NCBI GenBank assembly: GCA_038087875.1
Contig: JAXLNO010001237.1
Coordinates: forward strand, 124,001 to 188,000
From: Malacoraja senta
Lineage: Eukaryota
Length of the DNA stretch: 64,000 bases
Direction of reading: 5' to 3'
How positions within the stretch are numbered: the first letter of the stretch is position 1; each line of letters starts with the position of its first letter. This document shows, piece after piece, positions 22,190-35,132 of the stretch. The notes beneath the pieces were generated by a model, which saw only the letters and a list, made by a program, of their open reading frames with translations, did no database searches and was not told the origin of the DNA. The position numbers were made by a program, and so were the translations under genes.

Positions 22190-25100
22190 TTGCTGGGACC
22201 ATCAACAGACGACTGAGTAAGAGGCCATAGTTTGACCGGGATCGGATGGGGAAACAAAAGTGCACTAGTCGGACCCCTAGAGACCGACCTCCCAAAGAAA
22301 GTCCTGGGAAAACTTTGGTTTTTCTTAGTAGGTTGATCTGATGCCCTGCTGAAATCCTTAGATGCAGACAACAAAGGTAAGACCAACTGTATTGAAGTTT
22401 TTGCTATTGGGAAAGTAGTTGGTAAGAGAATTTGCTCCAAGAAAAGTAGTTGGTAAGAGAATTTCCTACTAGGAAAGTAGTTGGTAAGGTATTTTGCTAC
22501 TAGGAGAGTAGTCGGCAATTGGCTTCGCAAACTAAAAAAGTTTGTCGTTCACAAAGTAGCTGGGCTGAGAGAGTCTATCAGCTATGGGGAATAATCTGGA
22601 TGAAAATGATGGGGAAATGCCCATATTTTGCTACTAGGAAAGTAGTCGTTCATTAGCTCCGCAGGTAGAAAGCCTGTCATTCACAATTAAGTAAGTGTTA
22701 AAAGACACTGCAATAATGGGTAACAATTTGGACTAAAGTGACAGGGGAACGCCTGTGCAGCACATGTGTTATTTGAATCCTAAAAGTAAGATGAGTCCTG
22801 GCCAGTGTGTAGAACAGGGAATGTAAAGATGATTAAAAGAGCAGAGATGTTGATATGGGAAAGAGACGCAGGAAAGAAATGGACAAAGTGAATTAAGGAA
22901 TGGAAAGCGGAGACAGAGAAGAAGTATGAGGAGAGAGGGATAGAGTTAAGGAACAAGGATGGTACTATGAAAGGGTGGAACGTGTTGTACAGCTAGAATG
23001 CCAGTGGGCATAGGAACAAGTGAAAATGGCCAAGGTAGAGAGAGAAATCGCTGATAAGAGTTCAGAAAACAAGCAATTAATGGTTTGGAATAAATCCGGT
23101 CCTCTAGAGACCCCTTGTCTGACATGGCGACCCTGTTTATAGAAGAGGGGAATGAAGAAATAAAGTCGGGAATAGTGTAGACCACCTCCCCCATACAAGA
23201 TCCTGCAGGGAGGGGGAAGCTCCAGAACCCCAACAGGAAAGGGCACCCCCCCAGACGAAAATGATACTGATAGTGACTCGGAGACCGAAAAGGCAGATGA
23301 GAAAGAAGGGAAAAGGGCTGAGGCAGAAGAGGAAGAAGGAGCAGTAATTGAATTCAGCAATGAGAGAGTTAAACAATGCAGATGACCAGAGAGAGAAACA
23401 GCAGATAAATTAAAGAAGATTGAAAGAGGGGAAAAAAGCATGATAATTGAGGCTGCTCAAGAACTTTAAATCACAAGCCAACAGCCTGTACAGTTTAAAA
23501 CAAACTTGCCTTTGAACTTTGAATCACTTTTGGCACATAGCTCGCCTCTGCTGGAGAGAGAGAGAAAGACAGAGAAGATAATTTGTGAGTGACCCAATGG
23601 TTATGGGGTGTGGCAAGATCCTGATTGACAGGGAGTCTGACCAATCACAATCTGGATCACTGTCCAATCACAGCGCCCAGGATCCTGACTGACAGAAAAT
23701 TGGACCATCCTATTGTGAATCATACCTAGCAGTTGAGGGTTTTGTGGCCTTGGTGAATTATTTTTCATTTTTAACTCGCTCATTCCAACAAGATGAAGAC
23801 TTTCACAACTTAAAGACAATGCTGACCACAGTACTAGCCTCAGCCTTCCCAGTCCACCTAGCCATTATTAAGTCCAATGCCCATATGAATGGCCATGACA
23901 AAGTCTCCCAGGGGAATGTCCTAGCTTCCGAATTGTGTACATTGGTCCCCATAGAACCAAAGATTCTAGTAGACAGAACGGTCTTGTCAGACAAATGAGG
24001 GAGGTTTAGGAATTATAGAGGGACACCTCTATGCGCAATAACTATGGAAACGAGAGGGCTGTGACATTGATTCCACCATGGGACTGACTCACACCCCTCT
24101 TTGACAAATCTGTGTAATTAATGTTTTTCTGCCTGTTATTCTATTTTATATACACTCCCTTACACTTGCTGGTAAGAAAGGAACACAATAGAGATGCACC
24201 TTACAATTTAAAAACCTAATTGTGATGCCCAATTTCCTTTGTGAAAATTCCATGTTAAGTCAGTAAATGTGTAAAATGGTGGGCAAGCTTATGAATGTAT
24301 TTGGGTGTATCAAAGTTTTAAGAGTTAGAATGATTTCCTTGTGGTGTGTATAACTGTGTTTTAATTTTGAGTGAGAACTTTATTGTTTTGAAATGTATGA
24401 ATATCTGAGATTTAGCATATTGCATGAGGTGTGACAACTTGTGAGTGAATGTCACAGAAAAAAAGGTATAAAATAAGTAAGTTTAAAGATTGTTACGTGT
24501 TTGTGGAACCGGTTCTGGTGAATGGTAATCCTATAATTCAGATGAAATAGGATGTCATTGAATGAGCTTTTGCTCTTTTACATAAGAAATCCTTGTAGAG
24601 ACTAATGTGTTTTAAGAGGCAGTGCGTGTCTCTTTAAGTAGTCAGTAGTTGTGTGGAGGTGGAGCCACACAAGGTTATTTTATTTTCCTATGTTCTTTGC
24701 AAATGCGTTAGAAATCTATGAAAATTAACTGTTCATTATTTTCTCTTAACTTTTAACAGAGGAGAGATGAAAAAATGCAGGTTGTTTGTTTTGTCTTATT
24801 GGTGTTTTAAGTTTGTTTTCTTCCTATTTTCTTATCTTTTGAATTGAGTTCGAAAGGAGACTTGGATGCCACATTGGCCATGTGTAAGATGAGATTGGAA
24901 AAGCCAATATCTCAGTAGTAAATGGCCTACCCCTTATTCTTAAAGAGACTGTTTTCAAGTTTCCAGAATACCACTTGTGCCACAAGAGCGAGTGCTAGCA
25001 TCTCAATTATTGATCATCCATGTTATTAATTTGGATTAAAAAAAGAGCAAGACAATTTTATAGTCAAATTTGTTAGTAAGTGGAGATGAAATATATTTGC

Positions 25101-28100
25101 TGAGTGTAGGTTGACTGAGGCAGAATTTGGCAGTTGGAGCATAATGTAGGAAAATATATATTTTTTCATTTAGTGAGGAAGAATAGAAAATAAGAATATT
25201 TAAACTTAAGAATGGAGCTGTGCAAGGGGATCTGGGTGTCCTTGTAGTTGAAAAATGAAGTTAACTTGCTGGTTTAAAAAAAAAGTGGATCAGGCAGCAT
25301 TTCAGGAGAACATTTCGTTCCAAGTTAATTCCATGTCAAAAAGGAAGGATGAGCAAGTTGGACGTGCGCTGTGGAATTTAGAAGGATGAGAGGAGATGTA
25401 AATAAAGCATAGATTGAAGGGCCTGTCCCACTTGGGCGACATTTTCGGCGAGAGCCTGAAAAGAGGTTGTCACGGCGTGGTCGGGGCGTGACGCGGGGTG
25501 ATGCCTGGTGAAGCGGGTGTATAAAGCACCAACTTTCAAACGTTTTTTTAGACTCAAGTGGATTATTTGGCTGAAGATAGCCAGGGGAAAAGTGCCTTTA
25601 AAGAATGAAAAGTACACAAGTACATTATTAAGAACATTTGAAATGATTTTCTTTCTAATGTGGTGAAAATAAAGATCTTTTTGACTTGTTAAAGTTCATT
25701 GGAATTGCTGTAAGCACAGTGTTTGTCTTTTAGAATGCAAATGAGGAGCCAGGTTTCCTGTTTCCTGTCTTAAATGTGTGGAAGGAAGCTTGTAACATGT
25801 GTTTTGTGCTAGTTGATTACATCAGACCATACCTTACAAAGAAGGGAGGAGAGAAATCGCTATAGGAAATAAATATTGAGAGATAGAGTACATTGGGGAG
25901 GAGAAACATATTTGGACAATTGCAGACAAAAAATATCAACTATCCCTGACCTCCTTCCCAGCACTGGGATTCTCATATTTGACTAAACTCTACCATTTGT
26001 GCTATGATAATGAAAAAAGGGTTCTTACGTGGCAGTAACAGACTAGAAGACAGAATGAGAACAGTTGCTTGCTGTTCCACTAGGCAAAATCCAGTATTAG
26101 GTGGGTTGCACTGATGTGCTTAAGAAGTATGTGAATACGTAACATGGGCAGTAGAAATCTTAGAGCCCAACACACTGAGGCTGATTATAGTTTTACACAC
26201 TCCCCATAGTATAGTGTGACTTAGAAGCAGGGATGTTAAGGGCAGTATGAGATAATTGCCGTGCCAAATGGAAAAGGAGTATAGCCTGCAGATCAACATA
26301 GACGGATAGATTTCGCAGGACCCTTCATCTAGTCATAAAATAAAGGATACTATTTAGTATTGATTGATTGCTTTACCTGCTGGGTAATGGTATTCCCAGG
26401 CTAAGATAGAACAGCTAGAATTGTGATAAGGAGTCAAAGAGATAATATTTAAGTGTGGGTCCCTCTTCAGATCGATCAGGGTAAACGTTTCACAGGGAAG
26501 GTGATGAAGGAGGCTCTGCCTTGTCAGTAGTTAAAGAGTCATTTCATATCTCCCACTAATTGCAGAGTTTTGGATTAGTGGAGGGAATGAATAGGACACT
26601 GAAAAGTTTAAGTAAAGCCATGACTGAGACTGGACAGGAATGGTTTAAAGTATTCAGCTATTTTGATGATTCAGAACAACCCCAGCTAGAGAGATGGGCT
26701 TAACACCTTTTGAATTGATAACAGGATAAGCTGTGAAATTTTGAACTTACCTACAGGTCCTCAGCGATGAATTAATTACATATGCACAGCAATTAACCCA
26801 TGCCTTGCCAAGTCTGCATTCCCAGGTATGAGAGTCACAGAAGCCTCTATCTGTTGAACACAGGGACGAGTCCTTAAGGGCCTGTCCCTCTGCGGCGACC
26901 TAATTTGCTAGTTTAGAAGAGTATGCGCTCGACTCAAACTCATAACATGGTCGACACATGGTCCTAGGAGGCCCTAGGAGGTCACTGGAACTCTCTTTCA
27001 TGCTCGAGGGAAGTTCCTGCATACTCGCAGCCTCAGTTTGGTCAAGGACCTACAGTGAGGTAGTCACGCCGATGATACGGGAAGAACCAAGGTGTGTGAC
27101 GGAGCGAAAGGGTGGAAATCCTGGAGTGCAGACGACTCAGGTGGCTGTGCCTAATGAAAACAGGTACGCCCTGTTGGGAACTGTCCGGGGAGATGATATT
27201 TCCAGTCCGAGCAGCGGACACATCGGTGGCTCCAATCCTAGAGATGGAACTCGACCGACGTCGGGCAGAGCCCTAGTGGTGGGTGACCCCATTGTCCGAG
27301 GAGTGGACAAGAGATTCTGTGGCGACAGATGAGATGCGAGGATGGTCTGTTGCTTCCCTGGTGCCAGGGTTCAGGATGTCACGAGCCGAATTCAGAACAT
27401 CCTCGAGAGAGAAGGTGAACAGCCGGCAGTAGTTGTGCACGTAGGCACAAACAACATCGGAAAAAGAGGAAGGAGGTTCTCCAACATGACTTCAGAGAGT
27501 TGGGAAGAAGATTGAAATGCCGGACTTCTAGGGTGGGTACCTCGTGCTAGTGAGGACAGGAACAGGGAGATAGGGGATCTGAATGTGTAGCTGGGGGGCT
27601 GGAGCAGGGAGCAAGGATTTAGATTTATAGACCACTGGGATCTCTTCTGGGGTAGGGGTGACCTGTACAAAAGGTTCGGGTTACACCTTAACTGGAGGAG
27701 GGACCAACATTCTGGCAGGCAGGTTAGTTAGGGCTGCACGTGTGGGTTTAAACTAAATAGTGGGGTGAAGGGATTGACAAATTGGGAGTATAAAGATGTA
27801 GTTGAAGGGGAAGTGGCTACAGGAAAAATTACAAAAGATTCTCGAATTATTGGGAAGGAAAGCTCGAAAATGGACAGAGTAAGGTCAGGGCCAATTGCAA
27901 GGTGCGAGGGGGGAAGTGAATACAGAGGTCAAAGTGCTGTATATGAATGCGCGAAGTATAAGGAATAAAGTGGACGAGCTTGAGGCTCAGTTAGAAACTG
28001 GCAAGTACGATGTTGTGGGAATTACTGAGACATGGCTGCAAGAGGGCCAGGGCTGGGAACTGAATATTCAAGGGTATACCTCCTATCGAAAAGACAGACA

Positions 28101-29295
28101 GGTGGGCAAAGGGGGTGGGGTTGCCCTGTGGTGAGAAATGAAATTCAGTCCCTTGCAAGGGGTGACATTGAAACAGGAGATGTGGAGTCAGTATGGATAG
28201 AACTAAGGAATTGTAAGGGTAAAGAGACCCTAATAGGACTAATCTACAGGCCCCCAAACAGTAGCCTGGACATAGGACATGTTGAATCAGGAGTTAAAAT
28301 TGGCATGTAGCAAAAGTAATGCTGTGGTTGTTATGGGAGATTTCAACATGCAGGTAGACTGGGAAAATCAGGTTGGTAGTGGACCCCAAGAAAGGTACTT
28401 TGTAGAGTGCCTTCATGATGGATTCTTAGAACAGCTTGTATTGGAGCCTACCAGGGAGAAGACAATTCTGGATTTAGTGTTATGTAATGAACCAGATTTG
28501 ATAAAGGACTTCGAGGTTAATGAGCCATTAGGATGCAGTGACCATAACATGGTCAGGTTTAATCTACAATTGGAGAGGGAGAAGGGTAGATCAGAGGTGT
28601 CAGTGTCACAGTTGAATAAAGGGGACTATGGGGCCATGAGGGAGGAGCTGGCCAAAGTTGACTGGAAAGATACACTAGCAGGGATGACAGTGGAACAAAA
28701 ATGGCAGGTATTTCTAGGAATAATACAGATGGTGCAGGATCAGTTCATTCCTAGGAGGAAGAAAGATTCCAAGGGGAGTAAGGGGCGACCATGGCTGACA
28801 AGGGACGTCAGGGACAGTATAAAAATTAAAGCGAAGAAGTACAACGTAGCAAAGATGAGCAGGAAGCAAGAGGATTGGGTAATGTTTAAAGAACAACAGA
28901 AGATAATCAAAAAGACAATATGGGAAGAAAAGATGAGTTACGAAGGAAGCTAGCCAAGAATATAAAGCAGGATAGCAAAAGCTTCTTTAGGTATGTGAAG
29001 AGGAAAAAACTAGTTAAGACCAAAGTTGGACCCTTGAAGACCGAAAAAGGTGAATTTATTATGGGGAACAAGGAAATGGCAGATGAGTTGAACAGGTACT
29101 TTGGATCTGTCTTCACTAAGGAGGACACAAACAATCTTCCTGACGAACTTCCGGTGGCGCTATGGAGGCTTGAGTCCAGCGCCAACTAGCTCCGTGCCGA
29201 AGAAACTAAAAACGGGAGAAAATCGGGTCTTACCTGCAGCGATCGCGATCTGAACGGCTGCCTGCGTGACGTCATCAGGCGCGCTACTTTACGGT

Positions 29296-30306
29296 ATGTC
29301 GTTACAACGTACCCCCACCCGTGTGACACAAAAAAAAGCCGTTAAAGGGAAACTGCAGACGGAAGAGGAAGGCCCTACAGAGGCCTCGGCCTCAGTTACA
29401 ACGACGGCCCAGGAAGACCCTCCGAAGAAAATAAAACAGAAAAAGTCTGAAATGGAGGATCTTAAAACTTTTCTCGTTGCCGAATTGAAAACCTTTGGAG
29501 AGAATTTTGGAGAGAATTTTAAAAAGGAACTTTACTCTTTTAAGGTAGATTTTAAAGCAGAAATGCATTCTACCGTTCAACAAATACTGGAAATCTGGAA
29601 AAGGACGAGGGAGGAAGAAGTCAAGGATCAGATGGAAGCGCTGGAAGCCAGGCTCGTTTCGGTGGAAACGAATGTTAAAACGGAGGTGGACCCCATTCAT
29701 CACGAACTTGATCAACATAGAACAGCGATAACCGAACTTGAGAAATGGGCGGCGACAAGTGCGGAAACTGTAAGTCGACTCCTTACTGAAAACCAACGCC
29801 TCTCCGATATGGTGATCAAATTAAGTGATAAATGTACCGATTTGGAGGGACGTCAAAGACGTAAGAACCTAAGAATTGTAGGGGTGAAAGAAGGAAGTGA
29901 GAGGGAAATGGGCTCTCGGGACTTTGTGGCAGACCTATTACAAAAAGCCTTAAAATTGGATCACAAACCTTCACTCGGTCGAGCTCATAGAGCGCAGCGG
30001 CGTCGTACACAAGATGATGCCCATCCAAGACAAATTATCGTAAAGGTGCAACTGGATCATGAATTTGACGATATAATGAAGAAAATTGTTCGAGGCGGAC
30101 AGCTCCTTTTTGAAGGTGTGAGATTCAGTATTTACCGAGATTATCCGGCAGAAGTCTTCAAGAAAAGAGCGCTGTTCACTGAGACAAAAAGAATACTGAA
30201 GAATGTACCTGGTTTGAGATACGGCCTGCTATATCCCGCAAGACTAAGAGTCACCTACAAGTCCAAGGAAAAGCACTGGAATATGCCAAAGAAATCGGTA
30301 ACATGA
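29296..30306 (+). CDS. L1 ORF1p (coiled coil + RRM + CTD)
   Basis: Open 336-aa frame with LEGRQRRKNLRIVGVKEG, RAHR and GLLYPARLRV motifs. Confidence 0.9.
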   Translation: MSLQRTPTRVTQKKAVKGKLQTEEEGPTEASASVTTTAQEDPPKKIKQKKSEMEDLKTFLVAELKTFGENFGENFKKELYSFKVDFKAEMHSTVQQILEIWKRTREEEVKDQMEALEARLVSVETNVKTEVDPIHHELDQHRTAITELEKWAATSAETVSRLLTENQRLSDMVIKLSDKCTDLEGRQRRKNLRIVGVKEGSEREMGSRDFVADLLQKALKLDHKPSLGRAHRAQRRRTQDDAHPRQIIVKVQLDHEFDDIMKKIVRGGQLLFEGVRFSIYRDYPAEVFKKRALFTETKRILKNVPGLRYGLLYPARLRVTYKSKEKHWNMPKKSVT

Positions 30307-31317
30307 CCGTAGACTGAAGAATTTACATTACTCCTCAGGAGTCAAGGATTAACAGGACCGCCAGATCTAAAAGGACCTTTAAAGTTCTTTTAAGAGCTTT
30401 AAGGACATTCGAAAACCGAAATGGACGGAGGACATTGGAGAAAACCGTGATCTTTGTATTTTTTTTTAAACTTTTTTTTTTACTAATCATTATTATTATC
30501 TGTATATTCATATCTAACTATATATGTAACAACTAATACTTATTAAATATCCATATTACCACTAAAATTATTAACATTAACATTTCTCATAAAAATTTAA
30601 TACTGTATATGATTGATAACAATGATTAATAATTAATAGTCTTCGATTAACGTAGAAATGAATTACATACTTATATTATATAGGAGGATATGCAAGAGGT
30701 AAATTAGCCTACGTCATAATAAAGTTTGACGGTTTTTCTCTTTATTTTTCAATTTAAAATTAAATTTATAGATTTAGCGAAGAAATTAATATGATATGTA
30801 GAGAATAATAACGTTGTGAATTTTTGCTGTTCTTGAACTTTTCTGCAGGGATACGTGCTTATGTATGTATGCATATGGGTATATATATATATATATATAT
30901 GTATATTGTGTGTGTGTATGTATGGGTATGTATATAAGTTTGTTACTCCCAAAGAAGTTATTTGAATGTTAGAAATAATCTTTTTTTTTCTTCGGGCACG
31001 GAGCTGGGAATTTTTTTTTCTTACAAAGGCTACGGAAGTCTTTAGAATTCTAGCCACGTTAGTGTGGCTATCACTAACTACACTAATTGTAGATGTAGTT
31101 CTTTTTCTTTCACCCTATACTAATCAATTCTATCACTTTTTTCACTTTAAATATTTTTATAACTTAATGTTTGAATGGAAAAACAAGACTAATACAAGGA
31201 GATGTGTTCGGAAGAGCGATGTATATGATTTTAAATTCATCTATCTGAAGTTCGGGAGCAGGGTCAGGTTTTATGTGTTGTACCTTCTGCTCGGTTATAG
31301 ACCACCTTAGAAACAAT

Positions 31318-34300
31318 ATGCAAGATGTTAATATGACAAGAGGGGGTCAGGGAATAACATTTTGTAGTTGGAATGTCAAGGGAATCAATGAACCAATTAA
31401 GAGAGGTAAAGTTTTGGCACATCTAAATTTAATCAAAACAGATATAATATTTCTCCAAGAAACACACCTTAAAAAGGAATCTCAACATAGACTTAAAGCT
31501 AAGTGGATCGCTGAATCATATCATTCCTCTTTTTCCCACAAGTCCAGAGGAGTTGCAATATTAATTCGTAAAGGAATACCTTTTACGAACTCTTCAACAA
31601 TAGTGGATATTGATGGTAGATATATTATATTAGTTGGAGAGTTAAATGGAGAAAAAGTGATTCTTCTTAATGTATATGGGCCTAACTTTGATAACCCCAT
31701 GTTTTTTAATAAAACATTTAATAAAATTCCTGAATTTACACAATATAAATTAATAATTGGAGGAGACTTCAATTGTACATTAGATTCATACTTAGATAGA
31801 TCATCAAGGCAAAAAAAAGTAAAATCTCAATCAAGTGTATTTCTAAATTCATTTATTAATACCACTAATATTAAGGATGTCTGGAGAATAGAAAACCCAA
31901 CTGGACGGGAATATTCATTTTACTCACCAGTACATAAAACATACTCAAGAATAGATTATTTTTTAGTTGACTCTACGTTTATCCCATTTATTTATAATTC
32001 AAAATACCATAACATTATAATCTCAGATCACGCACCTGTAACATTCATGATTAAATTAAATGGAATGTCTGAGAAACAAGCATATTGGAGATTTAACCCA
32101 CAAATTTTGAACGAAAGATCGTGCCAGGAATATATTATTAAACAGATTCAAATATTTTTTGAGGTAAATGACAACCCTGACACACCTACTTCTCTTATGT
32201 GGGAAACGTTTAAAGCGTTTGTTCGAGGTACATTAATTTCTGCTCAAGCATTTTATAATAAAGAGAACAGGATTAAGCAACAAACATTGGAAAGTGAAAT
32301 TAAGCAACTAGATATAGAAAATGCGAGAATGCCATCAATTTTAAAACATAATAAAATTGCTGTATTGAAATATAAATTAAATAAAATGTATTCAGAACAA
32401 GTAATAAAACTTTATCAAAAAACCAAACAATTACATTTTGAATTTGGAGACAAACCACAAAAACTATTAGCACGTCAGTTACGAAAAATGGAAGGGGAAA
32501 AATAATTCATAAAATTAGAACAGAGACGGGAGAATTATTAAAAATGCCCAAGGATATAAACGAAAGATTTCTCCAATACTATCATAACCTTTATTCAACT
32601 AAAACCGTAGTACAATCAGAAAGAATAGCAGATTTTTTACTAAAATGTAATTTAAAAGGTTTAGATTCAAACGATAGAGAATTATTAGAAAGGGAGATTA
32701 CGATAAAAGATATTGAGGAGTCTATTGGCTCTTTAAAAAATGGTAAAGCAGTAGGACCAGATGGTTTAGGCTCCGAATTTTATTTAAAAAATTATGATTT
32801 GCTCTGCCCACGTTTACAAAGACTGTATGAGTATATCTATACTCAACAGAAACTTCCAGACACTTTAAATGAATCTATAATAACACTTATTCCTAAAGCT
32901 GATAAAGATCCGGAAGACCCGGGATCATATAGAGCAATTGCACTTTTAAATACAGATCAGAAAATATTAACTAAAATACTAGCGCATAGATTAAGTACAG
33001 TGATGAATAAATTAATACACCCTGACCAAACAGGCTTTATTCAGAAACGGTACTCATATTATAATCTAAGAAGATTATTTAATATTATATATTCCAAGAG
33101 AATTATTAATGAAGATCTAGCAATAATCTCACTTGATGCTGAAAAAGCATTTGATCAGGTCGAATGGCCTTATTTATTTTCGGTGATGGAAAATATGCAG
33201 CTAGGGGAGAAATTCTGTACATGGATAAAACTGTTATATACAAATCCCACGGCTAGAATATTTACAAACCAAAGGTTGTCATCTAAATTTAGCCTATGTA
33301 GAGGTTGTAGACAAGGATGCCCGTTATCTCCATTATTATTTGCGCTTGCTATTGAGCCACTTGCAGAAAGAGTCAGGGGGCATCCGGAAATACATGGGTA
33401 TAACACAAAGGACACAGTGAATAAAATTTCTCTATACGCAGATGATGTATTAATTTACATTACAAAATCAGAAATTAGTATTCCAAACTTATTAAAGCTA
33501 ATAACCCAATTTGGTTCACTTTCAGGATACAGAATAAATTGGAATAAAAGTGAAATTATGCCAATAAGGGAACATAACAAACAGATAATACAACAATTTC
33601 CATTTAAAATAGTAAAGGAAAAATTTAAATATCTAGGTATTTATGTAACTAAGATATATACATCATTATTTAAAGCAAATTTTCCACCATTACTGAATAA
33701 ACTACATAAGAATATTCAATACTGGAAAACACTTCCTATCTCAATGGTTGGCAAAATTAATGCCATAAAAATGATTTTTTTACCGCAAATATTATACCTT
33801 TTTCAGACAATTCCGATATATCTGGCAAAAAACTTTTTTTTTAAACTGGACTCTATTGTTAATGATTTTATCTGGGATTATAAGAATCATAGGATAAACA
33901 AAAGACATTTGTGTAAATCAAAAATAAATGGAGGCTTGGTTTTACCCAACTTTTTGTTTTATTTCTGGGCAGTTAATATTAAAAATATGAATTTCTGGTT
34001 GGAAGAAATAGATCATCAACCAGACTGGTTAAAAATGGAAAAGGAAGATTGTTTACCTTTTGATATCGGTTCGATATTATTTGCTACGTCTAAATTAAAC
34101 AAAAAAAATTATAGGGAAAACCCTATAATATTTAGTGCTATACGAATTTGGAAACAATTAAAAAAGACATTAAAATTAGATAATTTATCACTTTTTCTTC
34201 CAATTGTGAATAACCCTTTGTTTAAGCCTTCATGGTTGGACGGGGGTTTTACACAATGGAAGAATTATGGAATTAAAAATATGGGACAACTTTACAAGGA

Positions 34301-35132
34301 AGGCACTTTTCTGACATTTCAGGAGTTGCAACAGACTTATGGACTTCGAGGAAATGATTATTTCAGATATCTTCAACTTAGAGATTATGTAAAATCGAAT
34401 ACTCAAAATTTTCGAATTAGAAATTCAGAAATTCTTGATGAATGTTGGAACAAACATCCTAATACAGAAAAATTAATATCTTATATATATAATATCTTAT
34501 TAGACAGTGACATTCCATCGACGGACTTACACAGACAAACATGGGAAAAAGAATTAAGTCAAATAATAACGAAAGATACTTGGGAAGAAAGTTTGCAACA
34601 CATACATCAATGTTCATTAAACGCCAGACATTCTCTAATACAATTTAAAGTAATACATAGGTTACATTATTCAAAAACAAAACTACATAAAATCTTTCAA
34701 CATATCTCACCTATATGTGATAAATGTCAACATTTAGAAGCTACCTTATCTCATATGTTTGCAAACTGTATAAAAATTAAAAAATTCTGGGTAAATATTT
34801 TCAGTATAATATCTAAAATAACCAGCACACAATTGGACCCAGATCCAAAATTAATAATACTTGGAATATTTGAATTAAATCAAACATTTAGAACAACACA
34901 AAGAAACTTTATTGATTATAGTTTAATAACAGGAAAAAAATTAATTCTAAAATTTTGGAAAGGCCCTACGACCCCCACAATCAAAATGTGGATTATAGAA
35001 ATGACGGAGACCTTAAACGTGGAAAGAATCAGATTCTCCCTGTTGGACAAACAGGAATTATTCGTTGGAACATGGTCTCCTTTTATTGATTACTTAAAGA
35101 GTCAGAATAGTTCAGCACAGGAACCTGACTAG
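31318..35132 (+). CDS. L1 ORF2p (APE endonuclease, RT, C-terminal Cys motif) with one frameshift near 32500
   Basis: SWNVKG, LQETH, GGDFN, SRIDYF, SDH; LDAEKAFD, RQGCPLSP, YADD; CDKC...HMFANC. One extra A in the A5 run at about 32498-32502 would fuse the 410-aa and 862-aa ORFs. Confidence 0.92.

Noticed and set aside
3323-25742. Ig octamer motifs at 3323, 12058 and 25735 as Ig promoters or enhancers
   Set aside because: A few hits are expected by chance in 64 kb of AT-rich DNA, and none lies just upstream of the leader.
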